DNA of 20,000 bases from an uncultured virus (IMG/VR IMGVR_UViG_3300025000_000089) (IMGVR_UViG_3300025000_000089), one strand, 5' to 3'; counted from the stretch's first letter, positions 1 through 6,996 are shown. Program-made: numbers and translations. The notes: a model not told the origin generated them from the sequence alone.

Positions 1-714
1 TCAAGCGTGTATCTGGCACCGACCGCAGGAGCAACGCACCCGCACCTGATCGAAATGGACCCCTCTTCAACCACGTGGAAGATCGACAACCTGAAATTCT
101 ACTTTCACGTAGGTGACGCGCCGATCATCACGAACGGCAACATCAAATCAGGCTCCACCTATTTCGGCGGCAACGCATCGGGCAAGAGCTACGCGGGGCA
201 GGGTAACTACTCCTCTGACATGTGGCTGGCGGGAAACACGTTCGCCGTTGCCAACCAGAAGCTGCAGAGTTTCGTGCTGTCGATCGCCAACAACACCAGC
301 ACGCTTCAGCATCGGTTCCAAGACACCTATGGCACCGGGGCGGCCACTCTTGACGATATGATCACCGACGCGGCCTACGCATGGAACAACACGCCGACAG
401 GGACCGACGCGAGCACGGCTTTCGTAGCCGGCGGGAAGATAGGATCTGCGTCAACCAACACGTTTTGGCTCGACACGCCAAACGCGCAGATCACGGCCAA
501 CTGTCTGACCATGGCAGCGGTGCAGCTCAACTCCTGCGGCACGGCGCTAACGGTGGTGCCGGCGATCTACGCGATAGACGTCAACGGAACATCGAAAGCG
601 CGCCTCTGCCTGCAATTTTATAATGCTGCGACCGGCGCGGCGTATCCGCTGACCACTGCCAATATCGCGGATGGGAAGACAATCCAAGTGCTGTTCATGG
701 GCTTTCTGCGATAA
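1..714 (+). CDS. Probable tail fibre / receptor-binding protein, C-terminal part (5' truncated by the window edge)
   Basis: Frame is open from base 1 to TAA at 712-714. Composition is Gly/Ala/Thr/Asn-rich and beta-strand-like, and the gene lies just upstream of the lysis genes. No diagnostic motif recognised. Confidence 0.55.
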   Translation, partial: SSVYLAPTAGATHPHLIEMDPSSTTWKIDNLKFYFHVGDAPIITNGNIKSGSTYFGGNASGKSYAGQGNYSSDMWLAGNTFAVANQKLQSFVLSIANNTSTLQHRFQDTYGTGAATLDDMITDAAYAWNNTPTGTDASTAFVAGGKIGSASTNTFWLDTPNAQITANCLTMAAVQLNSCGTALTVVPAIYAIDVNGTSKARLCLQFYNAATGAAYPLTTANIADGKTIQVLFMGFLR

Positions 715-723
715 GGGGGGATT

Positions 724-1158
724 ATGACCAGAGAAGAAGCCTGTAAGAAACTCCACGAAGCCGCCCACGCCGAATTGGGCGTGCAAGAGGTAGCGGGTGA
801 AGGCGACAATCCGCGCATCCTCGAATATGCCGCGTTCACCACTCTCCGCGCCCGTAAGGATTCGGTCCCATGGTGCGCGTCGTTCGCAAACTGGGTCTGC
901 AATGCGGCGGGGATGAAAGGTACCGGATTTGCCAACGCACGCTCTTTCCTTGATTGGGGGGTAAAGCTTGACAAGCCCATTCTCGGCTGTGTGGTGGTCT
1001 TGAAGCGTGGCAAGCCGCCCGCTGGTCATGTCACCTTCTGCGACCATCCCGACATCAGCAACGGCATTGTGCGCTGCGTGGGAGGCAACCAGGGGGATAA
1101 GGTCCGCGTCTCCCGCTACCCCATTTCGGACGTTCTCGGCTACAGGAGCCCGATATGA
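724..1158 (+). CDS. TIGR02594-family NlpC/P60/CHAP-like peptidoglycan hydrolase (putative endolysin)
   Basis: Motifs ELGVQEVAG..NPRILEY, PWCASFANW (catalytic Cys), ARSFLDWG, GCVVVLKRG, GHVTF (catalytic His) and GGNQGDKV. G-rich RBS at 715-720. Confidence 0.88.
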   Translation: MTREEACKKLHEAAHAELGVQEVAGEGDNPRILEYAAFTTLRARKDSVPWCASFANWVCNAAGMKGTGFANARSFLDWGVKLDKPILGCVVVLKRGKPPAGHVTFCDHPDISNGIVRCVGGNQGDKVRVSRYPISDVLGYRSPI

Positions 1159-1715
1159 TAAAAACCTGCGCCACTCTCTGCGCTGCCAGTTACGACGATA
1201 AAGCCGATGGTTTTACTACCGTGGGCGACTTGCGGTATGGCGTTTTCGATACTGATCACGGCACCATCGTCTGCATCCGTGGCACCGCCAACCTCGACAA
1301 TTGGCTGACGGATGCTCGATTCTTCCCCGCTCGCTCTTGTGGTGGCTATCTCGCTCACAAGGGCTTTGTCAGGGCATACCGTGAACTCTGCACAGGCGGG
1401 ATGCCAACCGCCAAAAACGCCAACGTGATAGCTACCGGTCACAGCCTCGGCGGGGCGCTGGCAACGCTGCTAGCGGAGCATACTGGCTGCAAAGTGGTCA
1501 CTTTCGGAAGCCCTCGCGTGTACTGGCGATTTGGCCGCGCTCCCGCTCTGGACCACATCCGCGTCGTGAGGGACGATGACCCTGTGCCGGAAGTGCCAAA
1601 ATTCCTCTACAGCCACAGGTGCGAACCGGTGACGCTGAGGGATGGCGATTCGCGGCTGATACAGGTCAAAGATCACTTTATGGCTGGCTACGTCAAGGCC
1701 GTTCAGCATACTTAA
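1155..1715 (+). CDS. Class-3 lipase family alpha/beta hydrolase
   Basis: Motifs VCIRGT..LDNWLTD, AHKGF, ATGHSLGGALA (GxSxG nucleophile), VVTFGSPRV, RVVRDDDPVPEVP (Asp) and DHFMAGY (His). ATGA overlap with the endolysin stop. Confidence 0.92.
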   Translation: MIKTCATLCAASYDDKADGFTTVGDLRYGVFDTDHGTIVCIRGTANLDNWLTDARFFPARSCGGYLAHKGFVRAYRELCTGGMPTAKNANVIATGHSLGGALATLLAEHTGCKVVTFGSPRVYWRFGRAPALDHIRVVRDDDPVPEVPKFLYSHRCEPVTLRDGDSRLIQVKDHFMAGYVKAVQHT

Positions 1716-1738
1716 CCCTTCCCCTCGCCCTTTGGCAA

Positions 1739-1776
1739 AGCGGGCGCTCTCCCTCCTAGCGCCCGCTGTCTTTTTT
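1739..1776 (+). terminator. Intrinsic terminator ending the late/lysis transcript
   Basis: Perfect 10-bp stem AGCGGGCGCT (1739-1748) / AGCGCCCGCT (1758-1767) followed by GTCTTTTTT, between convergent genes. Confidence 0.85.
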
Positions 1777-1794
1777 GCTGCATTCGCACACGGT

Positions 1795-2544
1795 TTAAAT
1801 CGCCATCAGTTCGCAAAGTATCCCACACTCACCCATTATCATTTTGTCTTTCCTCCCTGCTGCCGGGTCCAACTCATCCAGGTACGTCCCGTTGATACAG
1901 GATGCACCTATAGCTCTTTCCATCTCAGCCCGCGCCTTGAACACTAGCGGAAAGTCTCGGCGTATGCGGTTCCAGTACCCCATACGCCCCTTCACACACC
2001 CGATACAGTTGTTATTTTGATATCCCTTCTCATACATAATGGGGCGCTTGATGCCGCTAGCGCGAAGTATTTCATGTGCGTGTTCCTTGGTTATGTTGGC
2101 ATCTATCAGTGGACAAATGTGTTCCTGGTTCGGCATACTAACTATCAGCCCATGATCGGGATCATCTCTGCGTTTCCTCTCATTGCAATCCATCCCCCAC
2201 ACATACCTCAACTTCACGTCAAGCGGCTGCTCGTATTCCCAGCGTTTCCGCACGTCACGCTTAAGCATTCCCGTGCAAGACGCACCCGCTATCCCGTTTA
2301 TGTATCGCCTGGACATGCAAGCGGCTTCAACGGTTTTGTATGGGGATTGCAGTATCTCAATGGGCTTGCCGAACCATTGTTCGTAATCCCTTACAAACCG
2401 TATGCTGTCCTCGTGCTGGTCGTCTATGTGCGTGTAAATCACGCGGTCAACCTGATCTATCGCTAGTTTTGTCGCTACGGCAGAGGAAACCCCTGCACTG
2501 AACCATGCCACCGTCAGCTTAGTGGAACCCGTCATCTCCATCAC
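1795..2544 (-). CDS. Phage PAPS-reductase-like (PP-loop, Cys-rich) protein
   Basis: VAWFSAGVSSAVA PP-loop variant, ASCTGMLKR, YVWGMD, CPLI, NNNCIGCVKG.MGYWN and C-terminal ECGILC. RBS GGAGGT (2556-2551) favours a start at GTG 2544 or ATG 2541/2535 rather than 2580. Confidence 0.8.
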   Translation of the reverse strand: MMEMTGSTKLTVAWFSAGVSSAVATKLAIDQVDRVIYTHIDDQHEDSIRFVRDYEQWFGKPIEILQSPYKTVEAACMSRRYINGIAGASCTGMLKRDVRKRWEYEQPLDVKLRYVWGMDCNERKRRDDPDHGLIVSMPNQEHICPLIDANITKEHAHEILRASGIKRPIMYEKGYQNNNCIGCVKGRMGYWNRIRRDFPLVFKARAEMERAIGASCINGTYLDELDPAAGRKDKMIMGECGILCELMAI

Positions 2545-2637
2545 TGTTAGACCTCCATGCGGCAGTAAGGACAATTGCACAAAAAACGACTATGGATAAA
2601 TCTTTGAAAGCTTGAGGAAGGTCTACACTGGCAATTA

Positions 2638-2820
2638 TCACCCCTCCCCCCCTATCGTCCGCACCTTAATAAACTCCGTCACCGTCACCCCTGCCGCTTT
2701 CGCCCTCTGCCGCAGCGTCTCATGCTCATGATCCGTCACGCGTATGGACATTTTATGCGTGGGGATTTCCTTGGGACGGCCTGCACCGTCGCGCTTGCCG
2801 CCTGAACCTTTACCGCCCAT
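2638..2820 (-). CDS. Small RHH DNA-binding protein with N-terminal GGKRDGAGRP (AT-hook-like) motif
   Basis: KMSIRVTDHEHETLRQRAKAAGVTVTEFIK fits the RHH pattern. GAGGAG RBS upstream. Confidence 0.75.
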   Translation of the reverse strand: MGGKGSGGKRDGAGRPKEIPTHKMSIRVTDHEHETLRQRAKAAGVTVTEFIKVRTIGGEG

Positions 2821-2832
2821 TTTGCACTCCTC

Positions 2833-3078
2833 TTAAACCATCTCAGCGAGTAGTTTCTCGGCATCGTCGCGGGAAACCATCTTGCTTCGTTGCTGGTAGA
2901 CGTGGAAGAAGAAGTCAGTGGCTGTCTCTGCCAGTTTCTCGCCCGTGCGCGTGTCTACGTCGCGCTGAGTCGCCTCTACCGTGGTTGGGGTCAGTATTCC
3001 GTCAACCATGCGCGGGCCAGTGAACTTGAAATAACCCCCTGCCTTCGTTGCCTTTTTCACCATCTCTGATGTGGTCAT
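2833..3078 (-). CDS. Hypothetical protein (81 aa)
   Basis: ATG at 3078 is preceded by a G13 run. The gene is co-oriented with and tightly packed against the RHH gene. Confidence 0.6.
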   Translation of the reverse strand: MTTSEMVKKATKAGGYFKFTGPRMVDGILTPTTVEATQRDVDTRTGEKLAETATDFFFHVYQQRSKMVSRDDAEKLLAEMV

Positions 3079-3126
3079 GTCCCCCCCCCCCCCGTTCTGC
3101 CTTAGTTGTCCCTCACTCTTGAAACA

Positions 3127-3155
3127 ACTGTACACCCGCCCTTTTGCTTTGTCCA
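3127..3155 (-). promoter_or_regulatory. Putative leftward sigma70 promoter for the hypothetical/RHH/PAPS-reductase-like genes
   Basis: TGGACA (3155-3150), 17 nt, TACAGT (3132-3127) in the AT-rich gap downstream of the repressor. Confidence 0.45.
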
Positions 3156-3186
3156 GTCAATAATCAAAAGAAAGTAAAATATTTTC

Positions 3187-3501
3187 TCAGCTATTCATCG
3201 CCACCGCCGCCGCGTAAAGTCTCGCCTTTCCCTGCTTGTCCATTTTCCCGACCTCCTCGGAGAGTAGCTTATCTATCCCCTCCTGCTGATCGGGAGCTAA
3301 TTGGAAGAACTCGGAGGGGGCGCAGGCGAAGACTTCGCAGAGGCGGGTGAGGGTGGAGCCACTGAGGCCGCGCCTGCCGTGTTCCATGGCGGAAACGTTC
3401 TGCTTGACCACGCCCAGATAGTGCGCAAGCTCCTCCTGAGTGAGTCCTGCCTCAATTCTCATCCTCCGTAAATTCGCGCCAGTAACCTTATTAATTTCCA
3501 T
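3187..3501 (-). CDS. XRE-family HTH repressor (cI-like, no S24 peptidase domain)
   Basis: GANLRRMRIEAGLTQEELAHYLGVVKQNVSAMEHGRRGLS is a classic HTH_3 pattern. GGAGG RBS before ATG 3501. Divergent from the early operon. Confidence 0.9.
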   Translation of the reverse strand: MEINKVTGANLRRMRIEAGLTQEELAHYLGVVKQNVSAMEHGRRGLSGSTLTRLCEVFACAPSEFFQLAPDQQEGIDKLLSEEVGKMDKQGKARLYAAAVAMNS

Positions 3502-3541
3502 GTGACCCTCCACATGCTGAAAGTGACCGTCTTATAAGCAT

Positions 3542-3569
3542 ATTGTAACCAACGTCTAACCGTTGTCAA
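3542..3569 (-). promoter_or_regulatory. Leftward (repressor) promoter
   Basis: TTGACA (3569-3564), 16 nt, TACAAT (3547-3542). Confidence 0.7.
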
Positions 3570-3599
3570 AGAAAATTCGCAACAGATGATAAAATGTTG

Positions 3600-3633
3600 T
3601 TGACAGGTAACCACGAAAAGGTTACAAGGTTAC
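3600..3633 (+). promoter_or_regulatory. Rightward early promoter with overlapping palindromic operator
   Basis: TTGACA (3600-3605), 17 nt, TACAAG (3623-3628). The inverted repeat GTAACC-N7-GGTTAC (3607-3625) spans the spacer and -10, with an extra GGTTAC at 3628-3633. Confidence 0.65.
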
Positions 3634-3675
3634 GCAACAGAAATGATTTGAAGGAAATAACGAAAGGGGCACCGT

Positions 3676-3831
3676 ATGAGCTTTGAAAAAATAGAAACAA
3701 CGGGAATATGCCTTTGCATGGCAGGCATCGCTTGGATATGGCTCCCGTCATTCGCAGCTGGCTATGTCACTGGCTATCTAGCCCATACGGTGATCCGAAA
3801 ATGGGCCGAGCCAAGAAACGCAGAAATATAA
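3676..3831 (+). CDS. Small hydrophobic (membrane) protein, 51 aa, absent from the ORF track
   Basis: Hand translation MSFEKIETTGICLCMAGIAWIWLPSFAAGYVTGYLAHTVIRKWAEPRNAEI. RBS AAGGGG upstream, and the stop abuts the next RBS. Confidence 0.6.
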   Translation: MSFEKIETTGICLCMAGIAWIWLPSFAAGYVTGYLAHTVIRKWAEPRNAEI

Positions 3832-3847
3832 AAAGGAGGTGATTTGG

Positions 3848-4045
3848 ATGAAGCAGAATAAACAGGGAAAAGCAGTAACACCGCCGCCCACAGATGATGT
3901 CAGGATTACGTTTGAGGTAGAAACGCCGGAAGAGAAACGGACGCTGTTCAGGCTGGCAAAGGCCAAGGACCGCACACTTAGCAGCTACATCCGCACAATA
4001 CTCCGTGCAGCAATCGCGGAAGAGGAAAAAGCACAGGCAGTCTAA
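3848..4045 (+). CDS. RHH (Arc/CopG-like) regulator
   Basis: VRITFEVETPEEKRTLFRLAKAKDRTLSSYIRTILRAAI. Strong AAGGAGGTGA RBS. Confidence 0.7.
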   Translation: MKQNKQGKAVTPPPTDDVRITFEVETPEEKRTLFRLAKAKDRTLSSYIRTILRAAIAEEEKAQAV

Positions 4046-4065
4046 CCCCTCACAGGGAGGCAGTC

Positions 4066-4260
4066 ATGGAACGCTACAACGTGATAGTGACTAGCATTTT
4101 TCCGCAACCTAGCGGATTCGGCACGGCTCGCACGGTCATCAACCCGCAGCCGCTGAGCATCGAAGCCGCAAGCGACCTTGCAACAGAACGCCGCAAACAG
4201 GGCGCAGTCGTCACCCTGGAGGCGGTCAGGATTGAGCCGCTACCTTTGGAGGAAACATGA
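4066..4260 (+). CDS. Hypothetical protein
   Basis: GGGAGG RBS and ATGA coupling to the next gene. Confidence 0.65.
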   Translation: MERYNVIVTSIFPQPSGFGTARTVINPQPLSIEAASDLATERRKQGAVVTLEAVRIEPLPLEET

Positions 4261-4601
4261 GCAAGGACGTTTGTAAAAAGTGCGGAGGCAACAATACATA
4301 TTGGCGGGAAGATAACGCCGATACTGGCATGGATGAGCATGCACTAGTTTGCCGTGACTGTGACAGGAAACCGGCTCGGCTTCCGCTTTCGTTCCGAGTG
4401 CGCGAGTGGGCCAGTATCCGGTTTGGCCGGATGTGGGGCCGAGTAATTGTTACCAGACTTTTCCGACTAGCCCGATGGTCTGCCAAGGTCGGTAAGGGCC
4501 GGTGTACCTGGTGCGGCGCAGCTCCCGGCTTCTCTTCTGCCTATGTTGGAGGTAAAGGGTTGAGGTGCAGCTCTCACGTGAGAGATTGCACAGGGGCATA
4601 A
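4257..4601 (+). CDS. Cys-rich hypothetical protein (CxxC pairs)
   Basis: CKKC..CRDC..CTWC. GGAGG RBS and overlap with the previous stop. Confidence 0.65.
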   Translation: MSKDVCKKCGGNNTYWREDNADTGMDEHALVCRDCDRKPARLPLSFRVREWASIRFGRMWGRVIVTRLFRLARWSAKVGKGRCTWCGAAPGFSSAYVGGKGLRCSSHVRDCTGA

Positions 4602-4697
4602 CATGCGTTTCACCCGCTGGACCCTGCCGCGCTGGGCGAGAGGGGAGGTGTAAGGAAGTGTCAACGGAGTGCTATTTCGGATAGGGGGGGGTGGGAA

Positions 4698-5114
4698 GTG
4701 AGGATAATTAAATTCAGAGCTTGGGACAGACGGCACCAGAAGATGCTTGAGAACGCTGTAAGGGTTGGTGAAATCCTATATTGGGACGGTGGAAAATGCT
4801 TCACCTTCATAACTGACTTTAACACTGACCCGCCGCGCCATGAGGTCATGCAGTTTACCGAACTCCTCGACAAAAACGGCGTCGAGATATGCGAAGGGGA
4901 TGTGGTGAAGGGTTCCCACCCCGTAATGAGCCGCCCTGGTCACATCGACGGAAGCGTGCGCTTCATCGGGGTAGTAGGATACGACAGTCGATGGGGTGGC
5001 TTCCGTCGCCAAGGCGTCAATCAGTATAAAGGCTTATCCGCTGCACTTATGCACGGGGAGGAGCTTGAGGTCATCGGCAACATCCACCAACACCCCGAGC
5101 TACTTAACCCCTAA
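4698..5114 (+). CDS. YopX family protein
   Basis: MRIIKFRAWD, VMQFTELLDKNGVEICEGDVV and LEVIGNIHQHPELL signature motifs. Confidence 0.92.
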   Translation: MRIIKFRAWDRRHQKMLENAVRVGEILYWDGGKCFTFITDFNTDPPRHEVMQFTELLDKNGVEICEGDVVKGSHPVMSRPGHIDGSVRFIGVVGYDSRWGGFRRQGVNQYKGLSAALMHGEELEVIGNIHQHPELLNP

Positions 5115-5152
5115 CCCGCAGCGGTTTAACCATCAGCTCACAGGAGGTTGCT

Positions 5153-5512
5153 ATGCAAACTTATGTAGAGGAGCAGGGACCGTTCAACGTAATCGGAGTT
5201 TACCGCGCAGAGTTCGACAAGCGCACCGTCAAGATCCTCTCCCCCAACAACTCGCTGGCCTACGCGCAGCACATGGTGGAACTGATCAAGGGGGAACTGG
5301 CGACCAAGCAGATATGCGGCGAGGGCGGAAAGGTCATGATCGACGCCTACCTGGAGCCCGCAGGTTGCCCGCGCCCACTCAGCCCTGAGTTGCAAGCGAT
5401 GATGCACAGGGAGACAGCGCGGCGGGCAATTGAGGATGTATCACACAACAAGACCACCGAGAGAAACGCCTACATGCGCGGGGAGCTGACACGGATGGGA
5501 GTGACAGCATGA
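5153..5512 (+). CDS. Hypothetical protein
   Basis: AGGAGGT RBS and ATGA coupling downstream. Confidence 0.7.
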   Translation: MQTYVEEQGPFNVIGVYRAEFDKRTVKILSPNNSLAYAQHMVELIKGELATKQICGEGGKVMIDAYLEPAGCPRPLSPELQAMMHRETARRAIEDVSHNKTTERNAYMRGELTRMGVTA

Positions 5513-5670
5513 ACATTCCCCACAAATGCCCCCGCTGCCAAGAGTGGACCAGTGAGAAATTCTATTGCAAGCCGTGCCGTCTCCATCTCACGCGCATCCC
5601 GTACATCGACATGCGGCGCAAGCATCAGTATTGGACGGAGCACAGCCACACGGCGGGAGGGAGCTATTAA
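5509..5670 (+). CDS. Small zinc-finger protein (53 aa), absent from the ORF track
   Basis: MNIPHKCPRCQEWTSEKFYCKPCRLHL..., with ATGA and TAATG overlaps on the two sides. Confidence 0.65.
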   Translation: MNIPHKCPRCQEWTSEKFYCKPCRLHLTRIPYIDMRRKHQYWTEHSHTAGGSY

Positions 5671-5864
5671 TGAGCCAGCACTATACCCGTAACACTTCAC
5701 AGGTGATGCACTATTGCTCGACGTGTCGCCGCCACACCATGCACCGCGTTGACGATAGGCGGCTAGGCTCATGCACTGAACACGGCGCATCCGGTCTGAG
5801 CAAGAAACAGGAGCAGCAATTGAAAGCGAAAGAGGAAGCAGAAAGCCAACCTGCACTTTTCTAG
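5670..5864 (+). CDS. Small Cys/His zinc-binding protein
   Basis: MSQHYTRNTSQVMHYCSTCRRHTMH...CTEH. GGGAGG RBS and TAATG coupling. Confidence 0.65.
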   Translation: MSQHYTRNTSQVMHYCSTCRRHTMHRVDDRRLGSCTEHGASGLSKKQEQQLKAKEEAESQPALF

Positions 5865-5882
5865 ACACAAGGGGAGGGATCT

Positions 5883-6149
5883 GTGAAGCCCTACTACCGC
5901 AGGGAGCCGACGCGCCTTGAGGAGATAGCCGAGCGCGTCAGAGTCGGCAAGAAGGTATCAGCAGAGGACATGCGATTTTATCAGGAGAGGAGGCGGCATG
6001 GAAGGGTGGAGGTCGCAACGGCGGGAAAAGGAAAAGAGGCTGGCGCGGATACGGTTCTGGTCAGCGTTTACGATCATCATGGTGGTTCTACTGGTTCAGA
6101 GCGCCGTACGCAGCTGCACGTTGACTGTACCGAGTGTGTCAGTATTTGA
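5883..6149 (+). CDS. Hypothetical protein (overlaps the next ORF by 152 nt)
   Basis: GGGGAGGG RBS before GTG. The 3' half overlaps another well-supported ORF. Confidence 0.45.
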   Translation: MKPYYRREPTRLEEIAERVRVGKKVSAEDMRFYQERRRHGRVEVATAGKGKEAGADTVLVSVYDHHGGSTGSERRTQLHVDCTECVSI

Positions 6150-6195
6150 CGTGTGGGCAGATCAGCAAGGGGCGGCAAGGAGGGCGGGGAGATGA
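5998..6195 (+). CDS. Small single-pass membrane protein
   Basis: Basic N-terminus followed by FWSAFTIIMVVLLVQSAV. AGGAGG RBS and ATGA coupling to the next gene. Confidence 0.65.
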   Translation: MEGWRSQRREKEKRLARIRFWSAFTIIMVVLLVQSAVRSCTLTVPSVSVFDVWADQQGAARRAGR

Positions 6196-6536
6196 AGGTG
6201 GATAATCCGAGGTTCAGCGGGTTGACAGGTTTTCCTGTGAACTGCACTGAGTGTCCGTTTTACGGCAAAGATAACAGATGTGAAGCAGATGGTCACGGTT
6301 GTCCCACCCGCGAAACCTACGCCGAAGCCTGCCGGGTAGCGGAAGCCCGGGCGGCAGAGGAGAAGCCGGAAGCGGCAGCACCTCTTGCGGCAGACGCAAC
6401 GCTTCGTGACCACTTCGCGGCGACGGCGCTCAATGCGCTTTTAACGTGGAGTAACGCGTGTGACATCTCCCCCGAAAGCCATGCGGTAACGGCTTACGGT
6501 TTAGCCGATGCCATGATGAAAGAGAGAGCTAAATGA
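6192..6536 (+). CDS. Phage hypothetical protein with the common 'TLRDxFAA...AYxxADAM' C-terminal domain
   Basis: ATLRDHFAATAL...AYGLADAMMKER, plus an N-terminal CTEC..C..C cluster. Confidence 0.7.
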   Translation: MKVDNPRFSGLTGFPVNCTECPFYGKDNRCEADGHGCPTRETYAEACRVAEARAAEEKPEAAAPLAADATLRDHFAATALNALLTWSNACDISPESHAVTAYGLADAMMKERAK

Positions 6537-6646
6537 GCTGGCTAAAAAACCTCGCCCTCGACCACTGGCACGGATTCATGCAGGAGTTGGCCGACATCCG
6601 CGAGGAGTTCAGGGCGACGTTTCGGAGGGATGATGGGCCGCTTTGA
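6533..6646 (+). CDS. Hypothetical microprotein (37 aa)
   Basis: ATGA coupling to the previous gene. MSWLKNLALDHWHGFMQELADIREEFRATFRRDDGPL. Confidence 0.45.
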   Translation: MSWLKNLALDHWHGFMQELADIREEFRATFRRDDGPL

Positions 6647-6723
6647 CACGCTACAGAGCCGATACGACGCGCAGGAGCCAGCGGGATACTGGGAGTCGCT
6701 TGAGGATGACAGGGAGGATGAAG

Positions 6724-6972
6724 ATGACGATGCAGGAGATTTTCGAGAAGATCAAGCTTGAGAACGCCCGCAGCAAGGAGAAGCACGGCATGTGGCGGGA
6801 TACGCCAAGGCTCGACCAAGGCAACGCCATTTATGGTGAGTTTATCGAGTGGTGGCGCGCTTATGTAGCGGGCGACATCGACGGCGAACATGGCGAAAAG
6901 GCCGAGCTGATCCAGCTAGCCAACGTCTGCATCCGACGAATCATGGCGCTGACAGGGGAAAGGGACGCATAA
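6724..6972 (+). CDS. MazG-like (all-alpha NTP pyrophosphohydrolase) small protein
   Basis: IKLENARSKEKHG..W..AIYGEFIE...KAELIQLANVCIRRI resembles the degenerate ExxE...ELIQ MazG pattern. GGGAGG RBS, start at 6718-6730. Confidence 0.55.
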   Translation: MTMQEIFEKIKLENARSKEKHGMWRDTPRLDQGNAIYGEFIEWWRAYVAGDIDGEHGEKAELIQLANVCIRRIMALTGERDA

Positions 6973-6996
6973 CAACGAAGGACAAAAAAAGGAGAA

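Noticed and set aside
1..714. Diversity-generating retroelement target in the tail fibre C-terminus
   Set aside because: No reverse transcriptase and no second near-identical template repeat were seen in this window.
1795..2544. Calling the PP-loop gene cysH, an auxiliary sulfur-metabolism gene
   Set aside because: It lacks the canonical SGGKDS and ECGLH motifs in exact form and has no sulfur-pathway neighbours. Only superfamily membership is supportable.
5998..6195. Holin or spanin assignment for the small TM proteins (also 3676-3831)
   Set aside because: Both lie in the early operon far from the endolysin, with no spanin-like periplasmic domain or nested lipoprotein.
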